64,000 nucleotides of DNA from Octopus vulgaris (GCA_951406725.2 OX597830.1:2976001-3040000); one strand, 5' to 3'. Counted from the first letter of the stretch, positions 13,668 through 25,702 are shown. Notes: a model not told the origin generated them from the letters alone. Numbers and translations are program-made.

Positions 13668-14479
13668 GTATATATATAATGTATGTATATGCACACATAA
13701 TGTGCATGTATAGTAATATTACGATCATGAAATTAGCATTAGCTTATCTCACCCTTTCTCACAGAGCCCATAGGAACCGCTTGCGGAACCCTAGGGTTCC
13801 ATGTAACCCCAGTTGAGAAATACTGGTTTAGATCATAGAAACCATTCAAACAAACACTGCACCATGGTGAGCGTGGACAAAATAATGTGCTGTTCAAAAC
13901 ATGACCCAAACTAACACAAATGATTTTAAAAAATAGATAAATTAGAGTTAACATAATTAACGAAGAGATTAAGTGGAAGCTAACAAGAAACAAATGTGGG
14001 GTTGAAAAAAACAAAAAGAAATTGTTCAATGACTGCTATTAATTCAATTTTCCTAAGAAGGACAGGAGAAAATTCTGGAAATGTTTCAGTATTATTTTGA
14101 CTTCATCAGAGAAGCATACCCTCACTATTCTTGTATAAATAAGGATGGAAGGAACGTTATGTAAATATATACAATTATACATTTATTGATAGACATTCAG
14201 GAAAATGAAACTGTTCAGAAATTGGGTAATTAAATATATAAATAATAAACACACACACAAGTGTTGCTGTTGTTGTTATTATCTTCATCATCATGATCAT
14301 CATCATTAATATTATCCTCATCATTATTATTATAATAAATCCTTTGAATTCTGCATCTTTTCCTCGTCTTGCTGAGATTCACACTGATAACAGAGGCAAA
14401 ATTTGGTAATACAAGCATTTATTGATCAATTGGATAACAACTGTCAGCATGAGAGTGAATGACTTTGCAAGATATTTAT

Positions 14480-15095
14480 ATTGATAATACCCTTATCAAG
14501 ACATGTAACAGTACCAGTGAGCACTATTTTCTGTACCTCTAGCAGGAATGGCTTTCCAGGGATCTGCTCCAAATACTTTCCTGCTCCCTTTTATCACTCC
14601 AACTGTACCACTTATCAGACATTGTGCAGGTCTTAAGAAGCCATATTGTCTTATTTTCAAATTATCAGGTCTTTGTATTTACACAGCTTTTGGAAATCTT
14701 TCCGGATGTTACAACTGGATATTATGCTCACGCAAATTAAATGGCATGTCTTCATTTTACCATCTTTCACAATTATATCAAGTCTATTGGCTTTGATCAA
14801 TCAGTCTATCTTCATAAAAAAATGCCAAAGGATTCATATATTCTTGTCTCTTGCTTCTGCATCTGAGTGATGCTTGTACCATTTTTCTTGTGTGTTTATG
14901 CCATAACACCTGCGTATTACCCAATGTAAGTATTATCCTGCTTTATCATAACTAGGTTTATGCTCCTGGGGATCTATTACTTTGCAGCCAGAAACAAGGG
15001 GATCAATGATCCCAACCTGCTCATCACAAAATTGACACTTCAGTGAATGCTTTTCAGTTCTATTGCTAGATCCCAATATTTCTCAATTTTAGGAA
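14480..15095 (-). mobile_element. Decayed R4/Dong-type non-LTR retrotransposon, restriction-like endonuclease end
   Basis: Minus strand reads, with frameshifts, IKANRLDIIVKD...KLCKYKDL...GTVGVI...EQIPG...EVQKIVLTGT; a second KIEKYWDLAIELK fragment lies at 15040-15092; the 3' side lies next to (AAT/GAT)n at 14270-14335. Confidence 0.7.
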
Positions 15096-16498
15096 GTGAC
15101 AGAACACAGTTTGTGCAAGAATTTGTACAAAATGTTTGCATGGGAAGGAAAATGTGCATACTATGTACACATGCACAAGATACATGTGGCTTTGCATGAT
15201 GCATGCATGATCTACAAGTGAATCCGCAGACTGTGTTTACTTCCATGCAGGTGAGTCTGTAGAAATGTCTGCCTGTCTTATTATCATCATAATGAACTAT
15301 CTCATCATCGTTATCATTGCTGTTATCATCATAATCATCATCAGCATTATCAGTTACGCTATATCTAACCGTGCGAATTAATATTGTATTTATTTCTAAA
15401 TATTTTCATCAAAGAAAGATGGCAACACCAACAACCTTTTTGATATCCTTTCCACTATGAATGGTAAGATGAAAAGAGGAAGTTAACATCAGACTTTATA
15501 AATTTGGTCACAAATAATAACAACAGAACAGACTCTTCTAAAGTTACCCAAGTACCAAGTGCTGGTGCTAAACCAGGATTATGTCTATCAAATTATTCAC
15601 CACCGTGGCATCTAGCAAGAGGGCCAATGCAACTCTTTTGGAAACTGTTCTAGCTTGTAATCGATATAAAATCAAAGATTACATATTGAAGAGAAAGAAA
15701 TTCAATAAAATCATTCCTAGAAACCTTTTCACTCAAAAGAAGAAATAATCATAAAAACTAACAGATTTTAGTGATCAAAGAAGTCATTAAGCAGAAGTTC
15801 TTTGTCTGCGTTTATGTTTAGTGATGTCATTTGAGTTTAGTTGTCACACAAAGGAAACAGGAACAATGAAAAATAGCATCCGCTTTTAGTTAAAGAAACC
15901 ATGAAAAATGGCTGAGGTATTTTAGCCAATGGAAAACCAAAAAAAAAAAACCACAAAAGTGAGGAAGAACAAGTATTGCTGCATTGTCTTTTTAATGAAG
16001 AAACATTTAAGTCAAAGTTTATTGTTGTTTTTATCATCATCATCATCATCATCATTAATATATTGAATGTCAAAATGCAGAATATATATTAGAATGCATG
16101 TTTGTGAGAAACGTAGAGTACGCATACACATGTTTGTGCCTGTGTGAGATAATAGAAAGTCAACTGTTGCCAAGAGGAAGAACAAATGGAAGGCAGATGC
16201 TGCAAAATACTGAGAGAAGAGGGGGGAAGAGAGGGAGAGAAGTACTTATATGTATGCACCAAATAGACACGCTTAAAGATATCGCTACACAGAAGAAAAA
16301 AAACAACAGACATTGGAAATCTCTGTGTATTGTTTACTTTTCCTCTTTTCCTTATTTCAGTTATTAGACTGTGGCCATGTTGGAGCACCATGTTGAAGAA
16401 TTTTTAGTCGAATGTATTGACCCCAATATTTATCTTTTATAAGCCTGGTACTTATTTTATCGGTCGCTTTTGCACATCCGCTAAGTTACAGGGACATT

Positions 16499-17792
16499 TT
16501 TGTCGATAGTAAACTGTATCGAACATGAAATAGTTGTTTAGTAGGATGAATTTCAGTGCTGTGATTATGAATCTGTGGTTGATGCATCCTGGGATCTCTT
16601 CTGGGTATTTTTCTAGCCAGAAGGTGATTGCTTCTATAACATGATTGTGTAGGATATTGGTGTACAAATTCACTACATCGAATGATACTAACAGGGTTCC
16701 TTCATTTATTGTCTTTGGGTGGTGGTTCAACATGGCTAAGTCATCCCTGATGAAGCTTTTCACATATTTTAGAAACTGTTTGAGTAAGATGTCGAGGAAG
16801 TTGCTCAAATGGTGGGTTTCACAAACACGGCCAGCAATGATGGATCTCTGTATGAGATCAGTAGGGGGGGGGGCATTAATGCATAGGCTTAGAGAAACTT
16901 TGCAAGCTTTACAAATATGTAGATTTTTGTGTATTTTAGGTAATCAATAGAATAGACTAGGTCTGTATTTAAAATTGGATAAATAGTCTACTTCATTTTT
17001 AGTGAGGCCCTTTCCATGTATTTGAAGTAAGGAGGATAAGTTTTTAAGTGTCTTCTTTGGGTTGTATTGTACTATCTTCTCATAGTAAATATTATTTTCC
17101 AACTCGGAGAGTATAACATTTTTGTAGTACTCTGTGTCCATCACCACTACTGCACTTCCTTTGTCGGCTTCTTTAATGGTGAGGTTTATATAATTTTTTA
17201 ACTCAATTAGGTCTTTCTATTAATTTACATTAAAGTTGGATTTAATTCGTTGTTTTTGTAGGGTATTAAAATGAAAACTGGTAATGTGTTCACAAAAAGC
17301 ATCAAGTGCTTTATTTCTGCCTTTTGTAGAACAGTATTCACTTTTGTTTATTTTTACTATTGAGTCATCTTCGCTGGTGTAGTTGGGAAGTGCTTCTGTG
17401 AGGCGTAATTTTTGGCAGAAATCCATAGTGTTATCCTTTATTTCATCCGGGTTCGATCTGCGAGAGGTTGGAGTAAACTTTAAACCTCTTGCTAGAATGT
17501 GAGTTTGTGTAATACTTAGGATTTTCTTTGATAAGTTGATTATTTTCGGTTGTTTTTGTGTATTTTGTTCCATTTCACATCTCTGTTTTTTCTGATTTAA
17601 GTCCAAAAAATGGTTGTTGCAGGTGGATTGTTGTGGGAAGTCTGTATTGTGTTTGGTTTGGTGAGGAGAAAATGGGTGTAAAGTGTGTCTGTGGTAGTGT
17701 GATTGTGGTGGGGTGACCGTGTAGCGGACTAGATTATGGTTGTGCCGAGGGTTGTCTATGGTTGATGTGGTTTCGGTTAAATCTATTTTCAA
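16499..17792 (-). pseudogene. Penelope-like reverse transcriptase (N-terminal half), disrupted
   Basis: IINLSK...ILARGLKFTPT, IKEADKGSAVVVMD, FY*LPKIHK, SFDVVNLYTNI, ILLNNYFMFD..YYRQK; truncated before G.AMG, the catalytic YxDD and GIY-YIG; stops and frameshifts present. Confidence 0.9.
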
Positions 17793-18369
17793 TATTGTAA
17801 TGTGGGTGGAGGGAGAAGTTACGTTGTCTAATTAGGTTGTGTTTAGTTGAATGATTGAAGTAACCATGTTGAGGGTTAAGTCTTGGAGGTAAATTCTTCC
17901 ATTGATTGTGAGATGATGGGAATAGATTGGTAGGTAGTGGTTCCCAAATGTTTAGGTTAGTCTGGAGGTTTCGATGGAATCTTTTATTTGTATGTTGGAT
18001 GCCTTGAGGATTACGTCTGGATTTTCTATTTGTTGTTTGAAAGTTATTTTGGGATGTAAGAGAGGTCAGGTCGGTGGAGTTGTGTTCCCTAGACTGTCTG
18101 TGGTTTGTGTTTGATAAGCGTGGGGTCATTTCTGTGTTATGTTTTTGGTTTATTTTTCTTCAGGAAGAGGTTAGCCGATGTGTTTTCTATGGTGAACTGT
18201 GTTTCGTAGTTAATAAAGAAATTGGCTTGTCTTTCCCGCCATTGCAGGGAGTTGGTCTCTTCAGCTTCGCAAGTTGTTTCCCACAGTTTCTAAACACTTT
18301 CCAAGCATTCACCATCTGAGAATGCTTCTTTCGTTGCAGATTTCCTCATCGATGTTGTAGTGAGCCTAT

Positions 18370-18800
18370 AACGGTGCGCGCGCGTGCACCGTCCATTTTC
18401 TATTTCGCGCGTGTTGGTGCCTTTACCAAGGCAGAGAGAGGAAGGGCCCTCTCGCGCATGCGCGAACCACCGGAAGCAGAACCCTATTGCCTACGTAGCA
18501 GTTAGCGAGGAAGGGGGACGTAGAACGTTTGACCGCTAACAGCAGCAGCGGGGACTTTGAGACATGGCTATCGAAGGCAACGGTCACGTATATTCTCTCT
18601 CCGTCAGGACTTGATTCTAGCAGCAGTCGGCCGAATGCCTTTAACCAAATTGTTGCCGACCACATTCAACTTCCCTGTTCGACGCCATCTTGAGCCCGTT
18701 CTGGTTTTAGCGGCTGAATATTGTAAATATTACAATCGATTAACTTTCAGCCTTGCGCACCCCGAACCAAGGACATCAGATAACCACTTATTGTTATTGT
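18370..18800 (-). promoter_or_regulatory. CpG-rich putative internal promoter of the Penelope-like element
   Basis: The most CpG-dense island in the window; NRF1-like palindrome tcgcgcatgcgcga 18452-18465, ETS ccggaag 18470-18476, YY1 AAGATGGCG on the minus strand 18683-18691. Confidence 0.55.
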
Positions 18801-19818
18801 TACCAAGAAAGAGAATATAGTAGTTATATATATTTTACGTCTGCGTCTTGTTGTTTCTGACTAGTAGAATTCTGGATTATTAAAGCAACGAAAAGTGATT
18901 GCTTTCTTGTACCCCGAAGGTACAAGAGAAGATATTCACACTCACACAAGTTCGTTACAATGTTTTTAAGTTTCTGTTCATTGCTTAGCGCTCTAAGCTT
19001 AACGAGTTCTATTTCTGTCTTAATTTTTTCCACTGTTACACACAGACACACACACACACACACACACACACTTATATATATATATATATATATATACACA
19101 AGGTTTCTTTTAGTTTCCATCTACCAAATCCACTTATGAGGCTTTGGTCATCCCGAGGTTATAGTAGAAGACACTTGCCCAAGGTGTCAAGCAGTGGGAC
19201 TGAACTTGGAACCATGTGGTTGGGAAGCAAGCTTCTTACTACTCAGCCACGCCTGTATGTGAATTATTTATATATAAATAGAAAGAGAACAGCCTTTGTT
19301 TAAGCCTTCTGGTATTGAAAACACGTCTATGATGTTGTTGTAAATTCTTTATAAAGTTTTTTTTTTATTTTTTCGTTTGTGCATTTTGAAGTTCGTTCCT
19401 TAGAAGATTCCAAACGCCCCCCTATTTATCAATGTTTCTAGACTTTCACAGCGCCATCATTCGGTTATGAAGTGCTATTGGCATGTGTAGCTGCTATGAT
19501 TGCCGTAAACCTGGTCACTTTCATTCATTTGGACGTTCTGATGGTTTGGCTAGCACTTGAACACTGTTCATTAGATGTATTAGTGACCCATTTGCTTGTA
19601 ATTTTCACATTGTGATGTGTTATGAGTCATGCCACCATCGTTAGTCATTCATTTTTGTAGGGGATTCTGCCATGGTAGGGATATATCGTTCATTAATATA
19701 TTCATATATGAAAATGTATCAGAATGTAAGCGTGTACGTATGTATGTGTGTATGTATGCATGCACGCATGCATGTATGTATGTATGTATGTATGTATGTA
19801 TGTATGTATGTATGTATG

Positions 19819-19849
<31 letters not shown>

Positions 19850-19985
19850 GTATATATGCATGTATGTATGTATGAATGTATATAGAGTGAGAGAAAATGA
19901 TGGTAAAAATTAGCTGAGTTCACGAGGGAAAGAATGACGGGAGATATATTGGACAATGAGATATGCACAAGACATATACAGTATA

Positions 19986-21275
19986 CGAGGGGCGTTCAAT
20001 AAGTAATGCCCCTGACCCACTTCCCATAGCAGTAGAGCAACAAAACTTGGCACAGTTATTAGTCTTTTTCTACATAGGAACCACCCAGAGTTACGCATTT
20101 CTCCCATCGTTTGATGCGGCTCTGGAGACCGTTTTTGTAGAAGAACCCAGCTTGGTCCTCCAACCTCAACGTGACTTCAGAAATCAAGGCTGCATCATCT
20201 GGGAAACGCTTTCCTTTCAAAAACAACTTCATGATTGGGAAGAGGTGAAAATCAGAGGGTGCAAGGTCAGGAAAGTAGGGGGGATGGGGAGGTGTTCATA
20301 GCCATACGCCTGTGCTTCTGATCTGGCGACAAGCGAGTTGTGGACCGGAGCGTTGTCCTGCAGGAGGAGGATGCCTTTGCTGATCTTGCCCCGCCTCTTG
20401 ATTTTGATAACTTCTCTTAATTTCCTCAAAAGTGAAGCATAATAGGCTCCTGCAATTGTGGTACCCTTTGCCAGGAAATCTGTCATCACTACTCCGTCCT
20501 GGTCCCAGAAGACTGTGAGCATGACCTTGCCAGCGGAGGGCTGCACCCTTGCCTTCTTTGGAGGGGGTGAGTCACGGTGCTTCCACTGCATTGACTGGGC
20601 TTTGGTCTCTGGATCATAGTGATGGACCCAGGTTTCATCCTGTGTAATCAGTCTTTTGAAAAATTTTGACTCATCTTCTTGGCACATCTCCAAATTCACC
20701 CTCGAGCACTCGACGCGTTCTTGCTTCTGGAAAGGCGTGAGCAACCTGGGAATCCATCTGGCAGACACCTTTTGCATATGCAAATGGTCATGAATGATAG
20801 TTTCCACAGACCCGGTACTAATCTTGACCTCATGGGCTATTTGGCGAATAATTATGCGTCGATCTTCCAAAATGGCAGCCTCAACTTGACGGACAGATGC
20901 CTCATCAATGGCAGAAGGGGCGACCAGATCTGGGAGCTGTTTCCACAGAGTTCCGACCATGTTTGAATTCACGATGCCAGCGTTTTACAAGGTCATATGA
21001 TGGGGCATCATCACCTTAAGTTACTTTCATTTCATCAAAAGTCTCCCGTGGTGTGCGTCCTTTCAAATACAAAAACCGGATCACTGCTCGACACTCAACA
21101 GGCTCCATTTCACACTTGACTCGGTTCAAACACCTGTAAATCAGAAACCACAATTAATTCAGAGCTGTAATTTGCCACTTACTCTATAGAGATATAAATG
21201 ATTGCACATGCAAAATTTCAGCTAGATCAAAGAACTGCAAGTGGGTCAGAGGCATTACTTATTGAACGTCCCTCG
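19986..21275 (-). mobile_element. Full-length mariner element (1290 bp)
   Basis: 37-bp TIRs cgaggggcgttcaataagtaatgcccctgacccactt (2 mismatches); TA duplication at 19984-19985 and 21276-21277. Confidence 0.97.
20059..21108 (-). pseudogene. Mariner DD34D transposase, recently inactivated
   Basis: MEPVECRAVIRFL..., SARWIPRLLT, ITQDETWVHHYDPE, LLQDNAPVH, frameshifted PPY/FSPDLAPSDF-type motif; one in-frame TAA (~21016) and two frameshifts seen. Confidence 0.93.
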
Positions 21276-21940
21276 TATCTTGTGACTAAGGAAATGACAG
21301 GTTACGTGACCAGATCGGAAAACAGACGACATATTGCGTCAGCAACACAGAAAATCGGGGCTATATGTTTTATTTGGTGAGCCTGAAGGGAGGAGTTGAG
21401 CCTATGGTTTTTGCAGGTCCTCCAAGACTTGTGGCATTGTTTCTGTTTATAGAGAGATATGTACGACCGACAAGCAAATCTCTCTCTATATAAAGCTGAA
21501 GTTGTCTGTGTATGGCAGGTTTGGTAGCCTTCAACTAACACTATCTCCTCCGAGACCCTGCGGCGCAAGTTAACCAAAATTGAGAGTATGATAGAAGAAG
21601 GCTTGCTCTTCCTTCCGTAGAAGAAGAAATTCAAATCAGACCATGTAAACACCAAAAATTATTTACATCAAAAGCATGCTTTTTTTCCATGAAAATCCCT
21701 ATCTTTTACGATTTTTTGACTGTTGTGTCGCCATTTTTCGGTGTATTTCAACCAGAAAAATGTTCACTTAAAGAGAATAACAAGCGACATAATGCAAAAT
21801 TTTTATTTTTCAAAAATTCCAATTCTAAAGGGTCGAAACAAACCCGAGTAACGCCGGGCGATACTGCTAATCTTGATAATAGCATTATTTAAAGAACGAA
21901 AGTATTCAATAATGGAAGAATATTATTTTGACTGGTCTTG

Positions 21941-22612
21941 GGATCTTTTCGGTTTGAACGGCAGTTTTTAACATAATTTCTAGGTAACTAAAAAGTTTTA
22001 AACTTCATATACTGGTAGAATGTGTTTTTAAAACATCTTTTTCTCTTGGCTTTATTGAGAAAATTCTATAGTTTGTAAGATATTTGTTGTTTTTCTTCAA
22101 TTTCTTCAATTTCAACCAATCAATGACCTCCATTGACGTAAAAAAAAACATTCTGTGCCATATGAATATGTCCCTCGTTTAAGAAACAGATTGGGGGATC
22201 TTTTCGGTTTGAACGGCAGTTTTTCTAGCGGTGTCATATGAAATTGTCACCCATAATTATGACCCTAGTATCAATCTATTGCATTTCAATCTGTTTTAGG
22301 GTTAGGGTTAGTTAAGGTTAGGGGTGGGGGAAAGGGTATCTTTTTTTCCTCAGAAATGTAAATAAACCCAATCTGTTTCTTAAATGAGGGACATATTCAT
22401 TCGGCACAGAATGTTTTCACCTCAATATATGTCATTTATTGGTTGAAATGGCAGAAATTGAAGAAAAAAAACAACAAATATCTTACAAACTATAGAATTT
22501 TCTCAATAAAGGCAAGATGTTTTATAAACTCATTCTACCGGTATACGAAGTTTAAAAGTGTTTAGTTACGTGGAAATTATGTTAAAAACTGCCGTTCAAA
22601 CCGAAAAGATCC
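21941..22612. mobile_element. Fold-back MITE with ~250-bp arms and a 9-bp TSD
   Basis: Arms 21941-22195 and 22367-22612 are inverted copies; ctggtcttg is duplicated at 21932-21940 and 22613-22621; same family as 12192-12982. Confidence 0.9.
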
Positions 22613-23427
22613 CTGGTCTTGTACAAGAGTAATATAATATTTTATGAGTTATGATGTTGTTTTTTTACGTAGTCACTCAATTTGCAGCAAATAACAGCTA
22701 ATTTGCCTCAAATAACATTGTGACCTTCATAAGGTATAAGATCACACTGGGCAATGTAGCCTTTGTTATGTAAAAATAAGATGTGATGGTCACTGGTGGA
22801 ACATACTTGGTCATAAGTTTGTAGAAGCAAGGCTGATCTGGAAGTATGTAAAACAGAAGAGAACACGTTTCAGAATATGCGTTAGTAAGGCCTTTGTGAA
22901 ATTTACCAAACTATTTTGTGTTTATAAACAGGAAACAGAAATCAATAACCAATATCGACATAAAAGGGGAAATCATTACCATTGTGATTAATGATGAAAT
23001 TGCTATGTTAATCACAAAAATCCATGGAAAACATGTGAATAAAAATGTGGAAAAGTAATTTCTGGTTGCGTGTATTTGTCAGTAAAAGTGATTTACATTA
23101 ACATAACTGCAGTATTACTTCCTAATTTAAATATTTTACACACTTATTGTTATTCAACAGATACGAAATGTATAGAGAAAGCAATATTAAATTTCTGACA
23201 GTTTATTTACGTAAGGCCACAAAATCTGAGGCAGAATATAATTGATTAAATCCATTCCAATATTTGACTGGTTCTTTATTTTATCGATTCTTCAAGGATG
23301 AAAGGCAATGCTGGTTTCGGTGCTATTTTGAACTCAGAACGCAATTACAACAAAGAATTTTCACAACCCAACCTATTTTGTTGTTCACTCTTCTAACTGA
23401 CAAAATAACAAAAATAATAATAACAAT

Positions 23428-23428
23428 A

Positions 23429-23492
<64 letters not shown>

Positions 23493-23510
23493 CAATGATG
23501 ACGACGATGA
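23428..23510. repeat. (ATG)n microsatellite
   Basis: Directly visible. Confidence 0.95.
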
Positions 23511-23544
23511 CAGTATTTTTCTCATTTTTTTTTCTGAGTAAATA

Positions 23545-24156
23545 CAGGGTGTTCAAAAAGTCTCTCTGCAGTAAGTATTTTATTGCAGAATAAATATAAG
23601 ATGGCATAAGACTACAAGAGAATATATTAGACTTTACAAGACTTTAAAAAACTTTATAAGAGGTGTAAAGATTGTTTGCCAACATAACATGGCAATCCTG
23701 GCTTAGGACGAATGTTGCTGTAATTTAGCACCAGAAGACATTGTCTCGAGCTGGCTATAAGACACGATCTGTGTCCTTATATTTTCGAACAAGGGAATCT
23801 AGCACTCCCACTCAGCTCAAAACAATATCACGATACACAGATATTGTTTTGAGCTGAGTGGGAGTGCACAGATCGTGTTGTATAGCCAGATGGAGAGGAT
23901 ATCTCCTGGGGCTAAATTACAGCAACATTCGTCCTAAACCAGGACTGCCATGTTATGTTGGCAAACAATCTTTACTACAAAGTATTGTTGCTAAATATCT
24001 CTCGCTGTGAGATTAAAAAAAAGTAATTTTCTACTTTATAAGAGGTGTTGAAAGTGTCGTCCTTCATTTTCGATACATAAGTTGACTCTTCAACATGTTT
24101 CGAAATACATGCTGGATCAAAATAGTTCATTGCAGAGAGACTTTCTGAACACCCTG
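23545..24156. mobile_element. Tc1/mariner-type MITE
   Basis: TIRs cagggtgttcaaaaagtctctctgca / tgcagagagactttctgaacaccctg, TA on both sides. Confidence 0.9.
23665..23975. mobile_element. Palindromic MITE nested in the Tc1-type MITE
   Basis: ~108-bp imperfect inverted arms starting gtaaagattgtttgccaacataacatggca, plus a perfect inner 28-bp stem. Confidence 0.8.
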
Positions 24157-24691
24157 TACATTGGTCGATTTAGTCAAACGTTGAATTTTCATTCCAATCC
24201 TTTCAGTGAAAAAAAAAAAAAAAAGCAAAAACCCACTAATTCAAATGATCGTATTTGGAAATATACTTTTGTGAGTCAACATTTTGCCTTTTCTATCGAT
24301 CTCTTCTCAATACTCTTATTTATGTCTTCATCGTTATTTTGATAATCTTCGTATTCAGAATTACCCCAAACCCTTTCAGCTCTCCACTTCTCTTCCTTTT
24401 TGTGGTACCCTCCCTTCACTCCAGCCACATACTAATCCCTATACCCACTCCTTCCTCCCCACACAACCACCCCTCTGGAATCTTCCCTTGCTCATGTTTT
24501 TCCTGCAGGTTTTCAATTGAAACAGTTTAAACAGAGCATTAATGGCATCAAGCTCATTAGTTTCAGTGACCTTGCGAAGGTCATGGCACTGTTCCTTCAT
24601 CCAGATTCAGCAAATCAAAACAATATTCTTATAATGGCACATGAATATCTATTACTTCACTCTTTCACATTTTGATATCATTCGCTCAAAA

Positions 24692-24740
<49 letters not shown>

Positions 24741-25100
24741 TCCACTGCTTTTGACTGTCCATTATGTCAGATCAAATTTGGCTCACATTTCACTCTATTT
24801 GCACGGTAGATTTTATCTGCTTTGGCATAGCCTCTACAGCATTTTGTCCGTGAATTTGTGTGCATTTAAATAATTTATTCGTATGATGACCATATATCTG
24901 TTAACATTACATTATAAATTATCCCATTTACACAACAGAAACAAACAATACCCTTGTATATTTCCCATAACATTGCTACAGCAGGAAATATTTATCTGCA
25001 TTATCAATGTACAAATAAAAGACTATTTTTGATACTCATTCAGAAATATACCGTTGCCTATAATTCAAGTACTGTTGGTTTAAAAAGAACAAAAATAACT

Positions 25101-25702
25101 GTTCAAAAGTGTCATATATTAGATTTCCAGAAGGTTTAACGTCTCAAGTTGATATTCTTTGTTTGGGCATATCGTTTATAGATGGTACCGAATATGTCGA
25201 TTAGGGAAAATAAGAAGTAGACAATAATAGTATTGTCATGGAAGACTGTTTGCTGTGGGTTTTACGATTACAGCAATAGTTGCAGGAGATTCCGAAGTCA
25301 TCAGGAGGCCGTGGTTGAAACCAATGGCAATTTTATTGAATAAAAGTACTCTTTCGTATTTCAAGATATTTTTTATGTAATTTTGGTAAATATCTCTGTT
25401 AAAATGAGATGTTGGGTGTTATATTCATTTTTGCGTAATTCAGACAACAATTTATTCAACACACCCTCTGTGTGTGTGTGTGTGTTTATACACATATACA
25501 TGTATATATATATATATATAATGGTATTGCTGTAATCGTAAAACCCACAGCAAACAGTCTTCCATGACAATACTATTATTGTCTACTTCTTATTTTCCCT
25601 AATCGACATATTCGGTACCATCTATAAACGATATGCCCAAACAAAGAATATCAACTTGAGACGTTAAACCTTGTGGAAATCTAATATATGACACTTTTGA
25701 AC
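25101..25702. repeat. 178-bp near-perfect inverted duplication
   Basis: 25101-25278 versus 25525-25702; one mismatch seen. Confidence 0.95.
25279..25470 (+). mobile_element. Tc1/mariner-family right-end fragment
   Basis: CRRFRSHQEAVVETNGNFIE* transposase C-terminus, then terminal ...aatttattcaacacaccctctg. Confidence 0.65.

Larger units (their letters stand above)
16499..19037 (-). mobile_element. Penelope-like retroelement, 5' part only
   Basis: RT motifs plus a long N/H/Q-rich N-terminal region and a CpG-rich leader; bounded by the two halves of one SINE. Confidence 0.85.
16335..19256 (-). mobile_element. SINE family A split by the Penelope-like element (tail 16335-16498, head 19038-19256)
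   Basis: The two halves are collinear with the intact copy at 4040-4430; ~50 bp of the SINE middle is missing. Confidence 0.75.
19700..21870 (+). mobile_element. Probable non-autonomous Helitron-like element hosting the mariner
   Basis: Ends with subterminal hairpin cccgagtaacgccggg followed by atactgCTAA (CTAG-like); (TATG)n near the other end; left boundary approximate. Confidence 0.5.

Noticed and set aside
16944-16946. In-frame TGA in the Penelope RT as selenocysteine
   Set aside because: It replaces the conserved Gly of FYGLPKIHK (GGA to TGA) in a copy with other lesions.
18738-18785. Hammerhead-like CTGATG-ccttg...caagg-ctGAAA on the minus strand of the Penelope leader
   Set aside because: Core A9 is missing and stems I/III do not pair convincingly; kept only as one hairpin of the leader.
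22295-22325. Telomeric TTAGGG repeats
   Set aside because: Only a few degenerate units, internal to the MITE; not a telomere.
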